Assembly: GCA_963642455.1 (NCBI GenBank)
Contig: CAVIGM010000003.1
Location: 1,716 to 65,715, forward strand
Origin: Anaerovoracaceae bacterium
GTDB lineage: Bacteria > Bacillota > Clostridia > Peptostreptococcales > Anaerovoracaceae
Length of the DNA: 64,000 bases
Direction: 5' to 3'
Both the position numbers and the translations under genes were made by a program. The notes under the pieces were generated by a model, which saw nothing but the letters and a program-made list of their open reading frames with translations, had not been told where the DNA came from and made no database searches. Numbering within the stretch: the stretch's first letter is position 1; the number at the start of each line of letters is the position of its first letter. Of this stretch, positions 35,708-44,761 are shown one piece after another.

Positions 35708-36823
35708 TTATGCTTCTGCCTTAGCAGCTTTAATTGAGTCAAGAAGCAGAGGTCCAACCTTGAAGAGGTCGCCTACGATACCATAGTCAGCAATCTCGAA
35801 AATTGGAGCTGCATCATTCTTGTTAACTGCGATGATGCACTCTGAATCCTGCATACCAGCCTTATGCTGGATAGCTCCAGAAATACCAAGAGCGATATAT
35901 ACCTTAGGATGTACAGTCTTACCTGTCTGTCCAACCTGGTGGTCTGCCGAAATCCATCCTGCGTCTACAACAGCACGGGATGAGCCAACTACTCCGCCGA
36001 GTTCCTCAGCGATAGCTTCAGCAATCTTGATTCCGCCTTCAACGTCCTTAGCGATTCCACGACCAACTGATACGATGAAGTCAGCTCCGATAAGGTCAAC
36101 CATCTTCTTAGCAGCCTTAACGATTTCAACTACTTCAGTCTTAATATCCTCAGCTGTGAGTGTGAACTCAGGGTGGATAATCTCTACAGCGTTAGCCTTA
36201 GCCTCGTCAAATACTCTCTTCTGCATTACTCCAGGACGAACTGTTGCCATAGCAGGTCTGAATCTTGGGCATACGATAGTAGCCATCAAGTGTCCGCCAA
36301 AAGCAGGTCTTGTCATCTTGAGGTTAGTATTAACGTCAAAGAGTGGTGAATCAAATTTAGTATTGTCAACATCAACGTTTGATCCTTCACGGAGGAAGTT
36401 GATGTATCCGTCAAGATCTACATCAAGGTGTGTGCAGTCAGCACAGAGTCCTGTATGAAGTCTTGCAGCACAACGAGGAGCAAGGTCTCTTCCGATGTTG
36501 GAAGCTCCGAAGATCATGATTTCAGGCTTATATTCCTGTACCATGTCTGTGATAACCTTTGTATATCCATCTGTTGTGTAGTTCTTGAGGAGTGGGCTGT
36601 CGCATACGTATACCTTGTCAGCTCCGTAGCCGCCAAGCTCCTTAGCAATTCCGTCCACATTCTCACCGAGAAGAATTCCGTGTAACTCTACACCGAGCTC
36701 ATCAGCAAGCTTGCGGCCTTCGGAAATAAGTTCAAAAGTTGTAGGCATCATTTTGCCCTGACGCTGCTCACAGAAAACCCATACATTCTTGAAGGCAGCG
36801 ATATCAGCACTATTATAAGACAT
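35708..36823 (-). CDS. etfA: Electron transfer flavoprotein subunit alpha
   Basis: The EtfA FAD domain is present (SRAVVDAGW...QVGQTGKTV, AVNKN). The central TGLCADCT...RPAFGGHLMATI block resembles that of bifurcating-type Etf proteins. Confidence 0.85.
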   Translation of the reverse strand: MSYNSADIAAFKNVWVFCEQRQGKMMPTTFELISEGRKLADELGVELHGILLGENVDGIAKELGGYGADKVYVCDSPLLKNYTTDGYTKVITDMVQEYKPEIMIFGASNIGRDLAPRCAARLHTGLCADCTHLDVDLDGYINFLREGSNVDVDNTKFDSPLFDVNTNLKMTRPAFGGHLMATIVCPRFRPAMATVRPGVMQKRVFDEAKANAVEIIHPEFTLTAEDIKTEVVEIVKAAKKMVDLIGADFIVSVGRGIAKDVEGGIKIAEAIAEELGGVVGSSRAVVDAGWISADHQVGQTGKTVHPKVYIALGISGAIQHKAGMQDSECIIAVNKNDAAPIFEIADYGIVGDLFKVGPLLLDSIKAAKAEA

Positions 36824-36837
36824 TCTATATACCTCCT

Positions 36838-37638
36838 TTAAATAATGTGTTTACCTGTAAGAATCTTAACGAGTTCATCAGTTGTTTCCTTGCCTGAACC
36901 CTCAAGCATCATGCCTGCTCCCTTTACAGGAGGTGCAAATGACTTGTAGATATTTGTTGGGGATCCCTTAAGACCGATTGTTGAAGGGTCGATAAGCTCG
37001 TGATCCTTAAGAGCATCATATCCCATTACAGTAAGAGGCATATCCCAGCATGCTTCTGTTCCTGCTACTGTCATGTAACGAGGAGTGTTGAGTTCCTTGA
37101 TGCAAGTGATCATGCAAGGTGTATCAACCTTGATTACCATGTATCCATCCTCAAGCATTCTGTGGATAGTAAGAGTCTTGCCATCCTTAGTGATTTCGCC
37201 TGCGTATGTAACCTGTGGAAGGTGAAGCTTCTCAGCGATCTGAGGTCCAACCTGTGCTGTATCTCCATCGATAGCCTGACGGCCTGCAATGATGATATCG
37301 TCATCTTCAATTCCGTATGTATCGATAGCTGCAGCGAGTATCTGTGATGTAGCGTATGTATCGGATCCACCGAACTCTCTTGCAGATACGAGAACTGTCT
37401 CATCAACGCCCATAGCCATGAGCTCTCTGAGCATACCCTCTGCAGGAGCAGGTCCCATTGTGAATGCTACAACCTTATAGCCGTATTCGTCCTTAAGTGT
37501 CAGTGCAGCCTCAATAGCATTGAGGTCATCTGGGTTGATGATAGTCTGCATTGATGCACGATCAAGTGTTCCATCTGCCTTAACAGCAACCTTGCCGGAA
37601 GTATCAGGAACCTGTTTAACTGTTACAATAATTTTCAT
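36838..37638 (-). CDS. etfB: Electron transfer flavoprotein subunit beta
   Basis: The protein starts MKIIVTVKQVPD. I place the start at the second ATG (37638), 8 nt after AGGAGG. Confidence 0.85.
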   Translation of the reverse strand: MKIIVTVKQVPDTSGKVAVKADGTLDRASMQTIINPDDLNAIEAALTLKDEYGYKVVAFTMGPAPAEGMLRELMAMGVDETVLVSAREFGGSDTYATSQILAAAIDTYGIEDDDIIIAGRQAIDGDTAQVGPQIAEKLHLPQVTYAGEITKDGKTLTIHRMLEDGYMVIKVDTPCMITCIKELNTPRYMTVAGTEACWDMPLTVMGYDALKDHELIDPSTIGLKGSPTNIYKSFAPPVKGAGMMLEGSGKETTDELVKILTGKHII

Positions 37639-37656
37639 TTCCATTACCTCCTTTAA

Positions 37657-38799
37657 TTACTTAAGCAGTGCGCTTGCGATAACCATTTCCTGAATCTGGC
37701 TTGTACCCTCATAGATGCTTGTGATACGAGCGTCTCTGTAGAGTCTCTCAACCTTGTATTCATTGATGTATCCATAACCACCGTGAATCTGTACTGCCTT
37801 ATATGCGCAACGGTTAGCTGCCTCTGCTGCGAAGAATTTAGCGATTGAGCAAGCCTTACTTGCTTCTGGATCGTCAGCATCCTTGAGTACAGCAGCATGT
37901 CTTACAAGCTGTCTTGCAGCCTCAACATCTGTTGCCATCTCTGCGAGCATGAAGCTTACACCCTGGAAATCCGAAATAGCTCTTCCGAACTGCTTTCTTT
38001 CCTTTGAGTACTTAACAGCCTCATCAAGACAGGACTGAGCAATACCTGTAGCCTGAGCAGCAACACCAAGACGTCCGCCGTCAAGAGTCTTCATAGCATA
38101 CTGGAAGCCCTTGTGGAGTGGTCCAACAAGGCAATCCTTGCCTACTCTTACGTCTTCAAATACTACGTCGCATGTTGGGTAACCCTTGATACCCATCTTC
38201 TTCTCAGGTGCACCAAGAGATACTCCAGGAAGCTTCATGTCAACGATGAACATCGAAATTCCCTTTGAGCCCTTGAGCTTAGGATCTGTCTTAGCAAAGC
38301 AGATAATCCAGTCAGCCATAGGAGCTGCTGAGATGAAGCACTTACGACCGTTGATGATAAAATCGTCTCCATCCTGAATTGCTGTTGTTACTGTGCCGCC
38401 AGCATCTGAACCTGCGCCAGGCTCTGTGAGTCCGAAGCAGATAATCTTCTCACCACTTGCAATAGGTGGGAGATACTTCTTCTTCTGCTCTTCATTACCA
38501 GCAAGAAGAAGTGGGCCGCCGCCGAGTGAGTTAGAAGTGTTAGCGTAAAGTGACAGAACTGTGCACTGTCTTGCGAACTCTTCGATCATGAGAGTGTAAG
38601 TAAGGTAATCACATCCTGAGCCGCCGTATTCCTTTGGAATCTTTACGCCCATGAATCCATACTTAGCAATCTTGTTGTGGATATCCCAGTTGAATTCTCC
38701 TGTGCTGTCCAGTTCGTCCTGCAGCTCCTTTGTAAACTCTGTTTCTGCGAATTCGCGGAAAAGTTTCTGCTGCAGAGCATGTTTCTTGTCAAGAATCAT
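37657..38799 (-). CDS. Acyl-CoA dehydrogenase (Bcd/AcdB-like)
   Basis: The 380-aa protein has ACAD motifs ([26 protein letters not shown]) and lies immediately upstream of etfBA. Confidence 0.9.
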   Translation of the reverse strand: MILDKKHALQQKLFREFAETEFTKELQDELDSTGEFNWDIHNKIAKYGFMGVKIPKEYGGSGCDYLTYTLMIEEFARQCTVLSLYANTSNSLGGGPLLLAGNEEQKKKYLPPIASGEKIICFGLTEPGAGSDAGGTVTTAIQDGDDFIINGRKCFISAAPMADWIICFAKTDPKLKGSKGISMFIVDMKLPGVSLGAPEKKMGIKGYPTCDVVFEDVRVGKDCLVGPLHKGFQYAMKTLDGGRLGVAAQATGIAQSCLDEAVKYSKERKQFGRAISDFQGVSFMLAEMATDVEAARQLVRHAAVLKDADDPEASKACSIAKFFAAEAANRCAYKAVQIHGGYGYINEYKVERLYRDARITSIYEGTSQIQEMVIASALLK

Positions 38800-38829
38800 A
38801 TTTTCCTCCTTATAATAAATAATAACTAA

Positions 38830-39831
38830 TTAAGCTGGAATCTCGTGTGATGACTTACCTTCTGTAAGTACTTCATAGATTCCGTTAACACCGCACTCTG
38901 CCATCTGCTCAGCAGCCTCAGCTGTGAAGAATGCCATATGTGGTGTATGAACGAAGTTAACGAATGAACGCAGGTATTTAAGCTTGAACCAAGGCATACC
39001 CTCTGTCTTTACGATATCTTCGTTGTGTGGTGTGTGGATAATTCCGGTCTCTCCTGGGAAAGCATCCATGAACATTCCACCTATCTTCTCTGTCTCCATT
39101 CCCCAGATGATAGCGTCAACATCTACAAGCTCACCACGAGCATTGTCGATAAGAATAACGCCGTCCTTCATCTTCTCGATGGCTTCCTTGTTAATCATTC
39201 CTGTTGTGCTTGGAAGAAGTGGTGTATGAATTGTGATTACATCACATTCTTTATAAATAGTATCAAGATCAACATATTCAGCATATTCCTTAACTGCATC
39301 GTTCTGGAATACATCATAAGCAAGGATCTTGCATCCGAAGCTTGAGAGAAGCTTGCAAACGGTGAATCCGATCTTACCTGTTCCCATAACACCAACTGTC
39401 ATGGTTCTGAGCTCTCTTCCCATCTTGCCCTTCAGTGTGTAGTCGTTGTCGTCTGTATTGTACAGAGCCTTCTTGAACTTTCTGATTGCGATGAGAATTG
39501 ACATTACTGTATATTCAGCAACACCGTTAGGCGCATAAGCACCATTGCAAAGCTTGAAGCCGAGCTGTCTTGCATATTCAACGTTCATGTGGTTGTAACC
39601 AACGCAACGTGATGCAAGTACCTTTACTCCATATCCCTTCAGAGTATCAAGAACCTCGTTGCAGTAATTGCTCTGTCCGAGTGTTGTTACTCCGTCTGCT
39701 CCCTCTGCCATTCCTACTGTTGTAGGGTCGAGGTTAGCTCCTGTGCTTACTAATTCGATTCCGTACTTCTTGCAAAGGCCCTCAATAATAGGTGCCTCAT
39801 CAGGTCTTACCTCATAAGCTGCAATTTTCAT
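38830..39831 (-). CDS. D-isomer-specific 2-hydroxyacid dehydrogenase (LdhA/FldH-like)
   Basis: The NAD fold GVMGTGKIG is present. The catalytic context is ARG...D...H(TPH), and the 333-aa layout is D-LDH-like. Confidence 0.8.
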   Translation of the reverse strand: MKIAAYEVRPDEAPIIEGLCKKYGIELVSTGANLDPTTVGMAEGADGVTTLGQSNYCNEVLDTLKGYGVKVLASRCVGYNHMNVEYARQLGFKLCNGAYAPNGVAEYTVMSILIAIRKFKKALYNTDDNDYTLKGKMGRELRTMTVGVMGTGKIGFTVCKLLSSFGCKILAYDVFQNDAVKEYAEYVDLDTIYKECDVITIHTPLLPSTTGMINKEAIEKMKDGVILIDNARGELVDVDAIIWGMETEKIGGMFMDAFPGETGIIHTPHNEDIVKTEGMPWFKLKYLRSFVNFVHTPHMAFFTAEAAEQMAECGVNGIYEVLTEGKSSHEIPA

Positions 39832-39892
39832 GATCTTTTCTCCTTTTAGTCATGCTTAATTATTTTGTTTAGAATAAATATATGTATTAGAC

Positions 39893-41137
39893 TTAGTCGG
39901 CTAATTCAGGATCCATTGGCACTGCAACGCCATTGTCGATCATTGACTTAACCTCTTCATCTGAATAACCGTACTCCTTCAGAACCTCTACTGTATGCTC
40001 GCCAGGATATGGTCCTCTCTCGTATGGAGGAAGTCCGATTTCCTCGAACATCATTGGAGGTCTTACCATTGTTCTCTTATTTCCATTTGAGTATGTCATC
40101 TCATAGAAAATGTCTGAGCCCCATGCCTGCTCGTCCTTGAGAAGCTCGTCCCAGTTCTGAGCAATTGCGTATGGCAGGTCAGCAGCGTCCATAAGATCTG
40201 TCCACTCCTTAAGAGTCTTAGATGCCATAAGAGCAACCAGCCAATCATAGAACTCTTCCTTGTTAGCCTGCAGATTAGCCTGTGGGTAGAACTTAGGATT
40301 GTCTGCCATTTCAGGATGTCCAACTGCGTTCATGAAGATTGGATAGTGTCTGTCATACTGTGGCATAGCAATCTGCAACCAACGCTCGTCCTTTGTCTTG
40401 TAGCAAACAACAAGTGGGTTAGCAAGATTTGATCTCTTCTGAGGATACTTCATGCAGTCCTCACCATACTGGCTTGCCTGAAGTACAAGGGAAATATCCC
40501 ATACAGCGCTGTGGAAAAGTGATACAACAACCTTGTCTCCCTGGCCTGTCATCTTAGCTCTGAAGAGTGCTGCGAGAATTCCGCAAGCAAGGTTCATAGC
40601 AACCTGGTGATCTCCGAAGCCTGCTACTGTGAGCATTGGAAGGCTGTCGCTGTCTCTGAGTGGTCCGATGATTCCGCCACGAGCATAGAATGCTGTGAAG
40701 TCGAAACCAGGAAGGTCCTTATCAGGTCCCTTCTCGCCATATCCTGAAATGTAACCGAATACAAGTGAAGGATACTTAGCGTGAAGTGTCTCATAATCAA
40801 ATCCCATCTTCTTAAGAGGGCTCTGACGCATGTTAGTGATGAAAATATCTGCCTCTGAGATCATCTTCTCGAGTGCATCGTGACCTTCAGGTGTCTTTGT
40901 ATTAAGAGTGATTCCTCTCTTACCTGCGTTCTCAAGGTCATAGGAAGTGTTCTCCTTGTGTGTGAGAGGTCTTCCCTCGTTAACTGCTGTAAATCTCAGT
41001 GGGTCGAGATTTGGAGCCTCGATCTTGATTACATCTGCACCAAGGTCAGCAAGAACACGTGCTGTGCAAGGTGCTGCGATGAAGGTTGCAAGCTCAACAA
41101 CCTTTATACCCTCAAGAGGGCGTTTTACTTCTGACAT
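39893..41137 (-). CDS. Family III CoA-transferase (CaiB/BaiF family; HadA/FldA-like)
   Basis: The N-terminal sequence is LEGIKVVELATFIAAPCTARVLADLGADVIKIE. The 414-aa length and interlocked-domain layout are typical of family III. Confidence 0.85.
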   Translation of the reverse strand: MSEVKRPLEGIKVVELATFIAAPCTARVLADLGADVIKIEAPNLDPLRFTAVNEGRPLTHKENTSYDLENAGKRGITLNTKTPEGHDALEKMISEADIFITNMRQSPLKKMGFDYETLHAKYPSLVFGYISGYGEKGPDKDLPGFDFTAFYARGGIIGPLRDSDSLPMLTVAGFGDHQVAMNLACGILAALFRAKMTGQGDKVVVSLFHSAVWDISLVLQASQYGEDCMKYPQKRSNLANPLVVCYKTKDERWLQIAMPQYDRHYPIFMNAVGHPEMADNPKFYPQANLQANKEEFYDWLVALMASKTLKEWTDLMDAADLPYAIAQNWDELLKDEQAWGSDIFYEMTYSNGNKRTMVRPPMMFEEIGLPPYERGPYPGEHTVEVLKEYGYSDEEVKSMIDNGVAVPMDPELAD

Positions 41138-41154
41138 TTCTTTTCCTCCTATTT

Positions 41155-42270
41155 CTACATGCTTAACAGGTCGCGGAATGTTTCAAGGTTGGTGCGAACC
41201 TGCTCGAAATGTGTCATCTGTCTGTCAATTTCTATCTGTGTAATAGGAAGTCCTGCCTTCTCGCAAGCCTTCTTAATCATTACATAGTCGAATTCCTCAG
41301 GGTCACAGAACTTGGTCATAACTATAACCACGCCCTTTGCTCCCCTTGCCTTTGCAGTCTCAACAATCCAGTCTACACGAGGCTTATCAGCGTTGTATAG
41401 AACACTGCAATTGTCCATAGCTGCGAATTTCTCGGCAAGTGCTGTCAGCGCATCATCTCCGCAAGGTACATCTGTGCGGTACTGTCTTGACTGCGCTGCA
41501 ACATCATCAGCAACAATATGCATTCCCATATCGTCAAAGATCTCATTGAGTGCCGGTGCATCAGTCAGGATGCCGGATACAAGTACTGGTAGCTTTCCTG
41601 CTGATTCTGCGTTTTTATTAAGCTCCTCAATCAATTTCTCTACGAGAGCCGTATGCTCTTCCTTCAGCATGAAAAATGCGCTCTTGAAAATGTCACTTCT
41701 CTGTGCTGCAGTAACTTCTGGGTGCTTAGCAAGTACTTCATCAGCAAGACGCATAACTGAATTGTGCTTGTTATATACCTCATTTGATGCTGCGAGTGCT
41801 TCATTTGTGAAGGTTCCGCCGGCTCCCGTAAGATCATTGATCACTCTTTCATAGCCTGCTTTAGTAAATTTAATTCCGAAGTCAGGCTTACGATTCTGAG
41901 GATATGTCATTGGGATAAATTGAATCCCATTAACAGCATATTTCCAGTTCTCACCAAGAGTCTTAAGTGTATCGCAGAGTGAAGGAATAACGATTGCGCT
42001 TGCTCCTTCATAAGTTCCGTTGATACCAAGCTCAAGGATTGACTGTGCGATTGAGCAAAGAAATGCTGGGCAATATTCTTTAGCTCTGTCAAGCTCTGTA
42101 TCTGCGCCCCAAGCACCAAATGGAACGAAGCCCATCGAGTGAATTACCTCTTCAGGTGTGTAAACAGGTGCAGTAAGAACTATTTTCTTTCCTTCCGAAA
42201 GATATTTATCCATCTGTGCACGAGGAGATGTTGCTACCTCATGGAACTGATTAAGAATCTCATTTAACAT
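41155..42270 (-). CDS. 2-hydroxyacyl-CoA dehydratase, beta-type subunit (HadC/FldC/LcdB-like)
   Basis: It is a member of the HgdB/BcrBD-like family and sits 12 nt downstream of the alpha-type subunit. Confidence 0.8.
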   Translation of the reverse strand: MLNEILNQFHEVATSPRAQMDKYLSEGKKIVLTAPVYTPEEVIHSMGFVPFGAWGADTELDRAKEYCPAFLCSIAQSILELGINGTYEGASAIVIPSLCDTLKTLGENWKYAVNGIQFIPMTYPQNRKPDFGIKFTKAGYERVINDLTGAGGTFTNEALAASNEVYNKHNSVMRLADEVLAKHPEVTAAQRSDIFKSAFFMLKEEHTALVEKLIEELNKNAESAGKLPVLVSGILTDAPALNEIFDDMGMHIVADDVAAQSRQYRTDVPCGDDALTALAEKFAAMDNCSVLYNADKPRVDWIVETAKARGAKGVVIVMTKFCDPEEFDYVMIKKACEKAGLPITQIEIDRQMTHFEQVRTNLETFRDLLSM

Positions 42271-42282
42271 AGCTTTCCCTCC

Positions 42283-43518
42283 TTACTTATCTGCTTTCTT
42301 AGCTTCCATAATTTCCATAAGGCCCTGTACTCTTGTCTCGTACTGTGCCTCTGAGAAATTACGAGGATCTGCCTGGTCGCCGTCGAAGCTTGCTACAGGA
42401 ATGTCGCATGCCTCTCCAATCTGACGGCTCATCTCTGGCATAAATCCGCTCCAGAGCTTGCATGAACGGTTAGTGTGAACCAGAAGTCCCTCAACATTGT
42501 CGTCCTTGCAGAGCTTAATTCTCTTATCTCTTGATTTCTCAAGGTTAATTGCATTAGGTACGCTGCAGTATGCTGCAATCATCTCGTCGAAGCTGTGGTA
42601 ATCGAAGCCGAATGCGTCAGCATAAATTGTTGTTACCATATTGATACCGCGGCTCTTGAGTCCCTTTGAAGTTGCTCTAAGATATGGCCAGCAAGCGATA
42701 CCCTCGAACATAATTCTGTATTTCTCTTCTTCTCTGAAGGTGCTTACACCGTTCTCGTGATTCTCTCTATATTCCTTAAGAAGAGTCTCCATAGCCTCGC
42801 CTGCTTCTTCCTTACCACGAGCTGTTACCATTACAGCCATGTGGTTGAGAAGGTCAAAACCATTGAATGGTGATGGTGTATGCTTAGCTTCTCCTGTTGC
42901 TGCGAGCCATGCCTTACTTGATCTGCAGCTGAAGCCTGTTACTTCCTCGAAGCGCTTGTCATCCCATTTGATGTTGAAAATCTTCTCGAGCTGTCTTACA
43001 GCATCCCAGAACTGAGCTCCAACATAGTCGATGAACGCCTGATTAACTTCGTAATTAGGATTGAATGGGATATCCAACATAATCATTGGAATGTCGAGCT
43101 CCTTAGCGAGGTTCTCGTACCACTTGATCATGCAGTTGCAAATATTATTGCAACAAAGCAGTACATCCGGCATTGCTACATCCTGCTCAGGGCACTCCTT
43201 GAGCTTAGCGTAAGCAAGGCTTACTCTTGCATAAGCACAGATATCATTTGAATATCCTTCTGCCTCTGCAACATCACACATTCTCTCTCCTGCACCTCTT
43301 GCAGCAATTCCTGCCGCCTGGTTCTCAGGATAAACGGTTGCAATTCCGAGAGTCTCTGGAATCTCTACTGGGAAATTACTTGATACCCATGCTACAGGCT
43401 TACCCTGCTTCTTTGCTTCGATAGCATTTACATAAGCATCTCCTGCAATCTTCCCGAGCTTGTACTTGGCTGAATTTGGATCCACAGGGCGTGGCGCTTT
43501 TTTTGCTTCTTCTGCCAT
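42283..43518 (-). CDS. 2-hydroxyacyl-CoA dehydratase, alpha-type subunit (HadB/FldB/LcdA-like)
   Basis: It is a 411-aa member of the HgdA-like family with conserved Cys contexts (LLCCNNICNCM). It sits between the activase and the beta subunit. Confidence 0.8.
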   Translation of the reverse strand: MAEEAKKAPRPVDPNSAKYKLGKIAGDAYVNAIEAKKQGKPVAWVSSNFPVEIPETLGIATVYPENQAAGIAARGAGERMCDVAEAEGYSNDICAYARVSLAYAKLKECPEQDVAMPDVLLCCNNICNCMIKWYENLAKELDIPMIMLDIPFNPNYEVNQAFIDYVGAQFWDAVRQLEKIFNIKWDDKRFEEVTGFSCRSSKAWLAATGEAKHTPSPFNGFDLLNHMAVMVTARGKEEAGEAMETLLKEYRENHENGVSTFREEEKYRIMFEGIACWPYLRATSKGLKSRGINMVTTIYADAFGFDYHSFDEMIAAYCSVPNAINLEKSRDKRIKLCKDDNVEGLLVHTNRSCKLWSGFMPEMSRQIGEACDIPVASFDGDQADPRNFSEAQYETRVQGLMEIMEAKKADK

Positions 43519-43561
43519 TACTCTTCCTCCTTAAATTATTTGTTTGCTTTTGTTTGCTGTT

Positions 43562-44344
43562 TTATTTATTTACTTTTTTATATCCATAGCATGCCGCTCC
43601 TATCGCCCCAAAGAATTGAGCTCGAGGGTCATACTCGATATTCACTCCTAATCTCTGTCCGAGCATTTCGCGTAGGGCCTCGTTAGCCGCAACGCCTCCG
43701 GACATACATACTTTCTCCTTGACGCTTGCCCTTCTTGCAAGAGCTCCTACTCTTGTCGCAACGCTCTCGCAGATTCCGGCAACGAGGTCAGGCCTTTGTA
43801 CACCATTCGCAAGCTGGCTTATTACCTCGGATTCTGCAAAAACAGTACAGGTACTCGAGATGGATGCGGGTTCCGTGGACTTCTTCGCGCAGTCGCTAAG
43901 CTCTGCGATATCCATCTTGAGGATATTTGCCATTACCTCGAGGAATCTTCCTGTACCTGCAGCACATTTGTCGTTCATAAGGAAATTCGACATTCTTCCC
44001 TGTTCGTCGAGGCATATAACCTTAGCATCCTGTCCGCCTATATCTATGATTGTTCTTAGGCCATCGAATACGAAGCTTCCGCCCATCGCATGACAGCTAA
44101 GTTCGCTAAGCTCCGCATCAGCGCCTTCATATTTCATTCTTCCGTAGCCTGTGACAATCGTATACGACATATCGTCTTTGCTAAGTCCCGAGCTTGCCCA
44201 GAGCTCCGATGTAGCTGTCTCAGGTCCGTCAGTTCCCATACCGCCAATACACAAAGACTGTGCGATGATTTCTTTGCCATCTTTCAAAATCACGCACTTA
44301 GATGTTGTTGATCCTATGTCTATGCCTGCTGTATAGATACTCAT
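43562..44344 (-). CDS. 2-hydroxyacyl-CoA dehydratase activator (BcrAD/BadFG-type ATPase, HadI/FldI/LcdC-like)
   Basis: It has an ASKHA fold (GIDIGSTTSK, DIGGQD). The cluster-bridging Cys motifs DKCAAGTGRF and SSTCTVFAESEV are present. Confidence 0.85.
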   Translation of the reverse strand: MSIYTAGIDIGSTTSKCVILKDGKEIIAQSLCIGGMGTDGPETATSELWASSGLSKDDMSYTIVTGYGRMKYEGADAELSELSCHAMGGSFVFDGLRTIIDIGGQDAKVICLDEQGRMSNFLMNDKCAAGTGRFLEVMANILKMDIAELSDCAKKSTEPASISSTCTVFAESEVISQLANGVQRPDLVAGICESVATRVGALARRASVKEKVCMSGGVAANEALREMLGQRLGVNIEYDPRAQFFGAIGAACYGYKKVNK

Positions 44345-44444
44345 TTCTCTTTGAATTTCTTATTCTCTTTCGCGGAATTTCGCACGAGTTACGCCAGATT
44401 GCGTTATTTTTCAAACGAAATTATGTTCTGTCTTCAAGCGTTCT

Positions 44445-44462
44445 TTGTGAATAAATTCACAA
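44445..44462. promoter_or_regulatory. Rex-type operator 2 (TTGTGAAtaaaTTCACAA)
   Basis: All 14 specified positions match TTGTGAA-N4-TTCACAA. It lies 9 nt downstream of the leader U-tract and about 100 nt upstream of the activase ATG. Confidence 0.7.
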
Positions 44463-44470
44463 TTTGCCTT

Positions 44471-44532
44471 AAAAAAAAGAACACATGCATAGTCTTGCGA
44501 CCACCCACTTCTCGGGTTAATGCACTGTGTTC
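44471..44532 (-). terminator. Intrinsic-terminator-like hairpin plus U8 inside the operon leader (attenuator or sRNA 3' end)
   Basis: A 12-bp stem with one bulge (44479-44490 pairs with 44520-44532) encloses a 29-nt loop that has two mini-hairpins. On the minus strand it is followed by eight U residues (plus-strand A8 at 44471-44478). Confidence 0.5.
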
Positions 44533-44583
44533 CATGATTTAGTATTCAAGCGATAATTTACTAATGAATAGCTACTGAATAGC

Positions 44584-44601
44584 TTGTGAATAATTTCACA
44601 C
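44584..44601. promoter_or_regulatory. Rex-type operator 1 (TTGTGAAtaatTTCACAc)
   Basis: 13 of 14 specified positions match the Rex consensus TTGTGAA-N4-TTCACAA. It lies at about +11 to +28 relative to the predicted TSS. Confidence 0.65.
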
Positions 44602-44617
44602 TTTTCATCTATCGCAA

Positions 44618-44645
44618 ATTATAGCACCCGTTATTTTTGTGTCAA
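44618..44645 (-). promoter_or_regulatory. SigmaA-type promoter of the dehydratase operon: TTGACA, 16 nt, TGcTATAAT (extended -10)
   Basis: The minus strand reads TTGACAcaaaaataacgggTGcTATAAT. The -35 is at 44645-44640 and the -10 at 44623-44618. The predicted TSS is near 44611, about 267 nt upstream of the activase ATG. Confidence 0.7.
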
Positions 44646-44761
44646 TATTTTTGTGTGATTTTTCCTTTACAATTTATGTATTTTTCCCGTACATTCCGCA
44701 TGGATTTATATGCTTAATTTCCATACTGAATTTCTGTACCGCGGCCTTGGAATTCTCCTCA

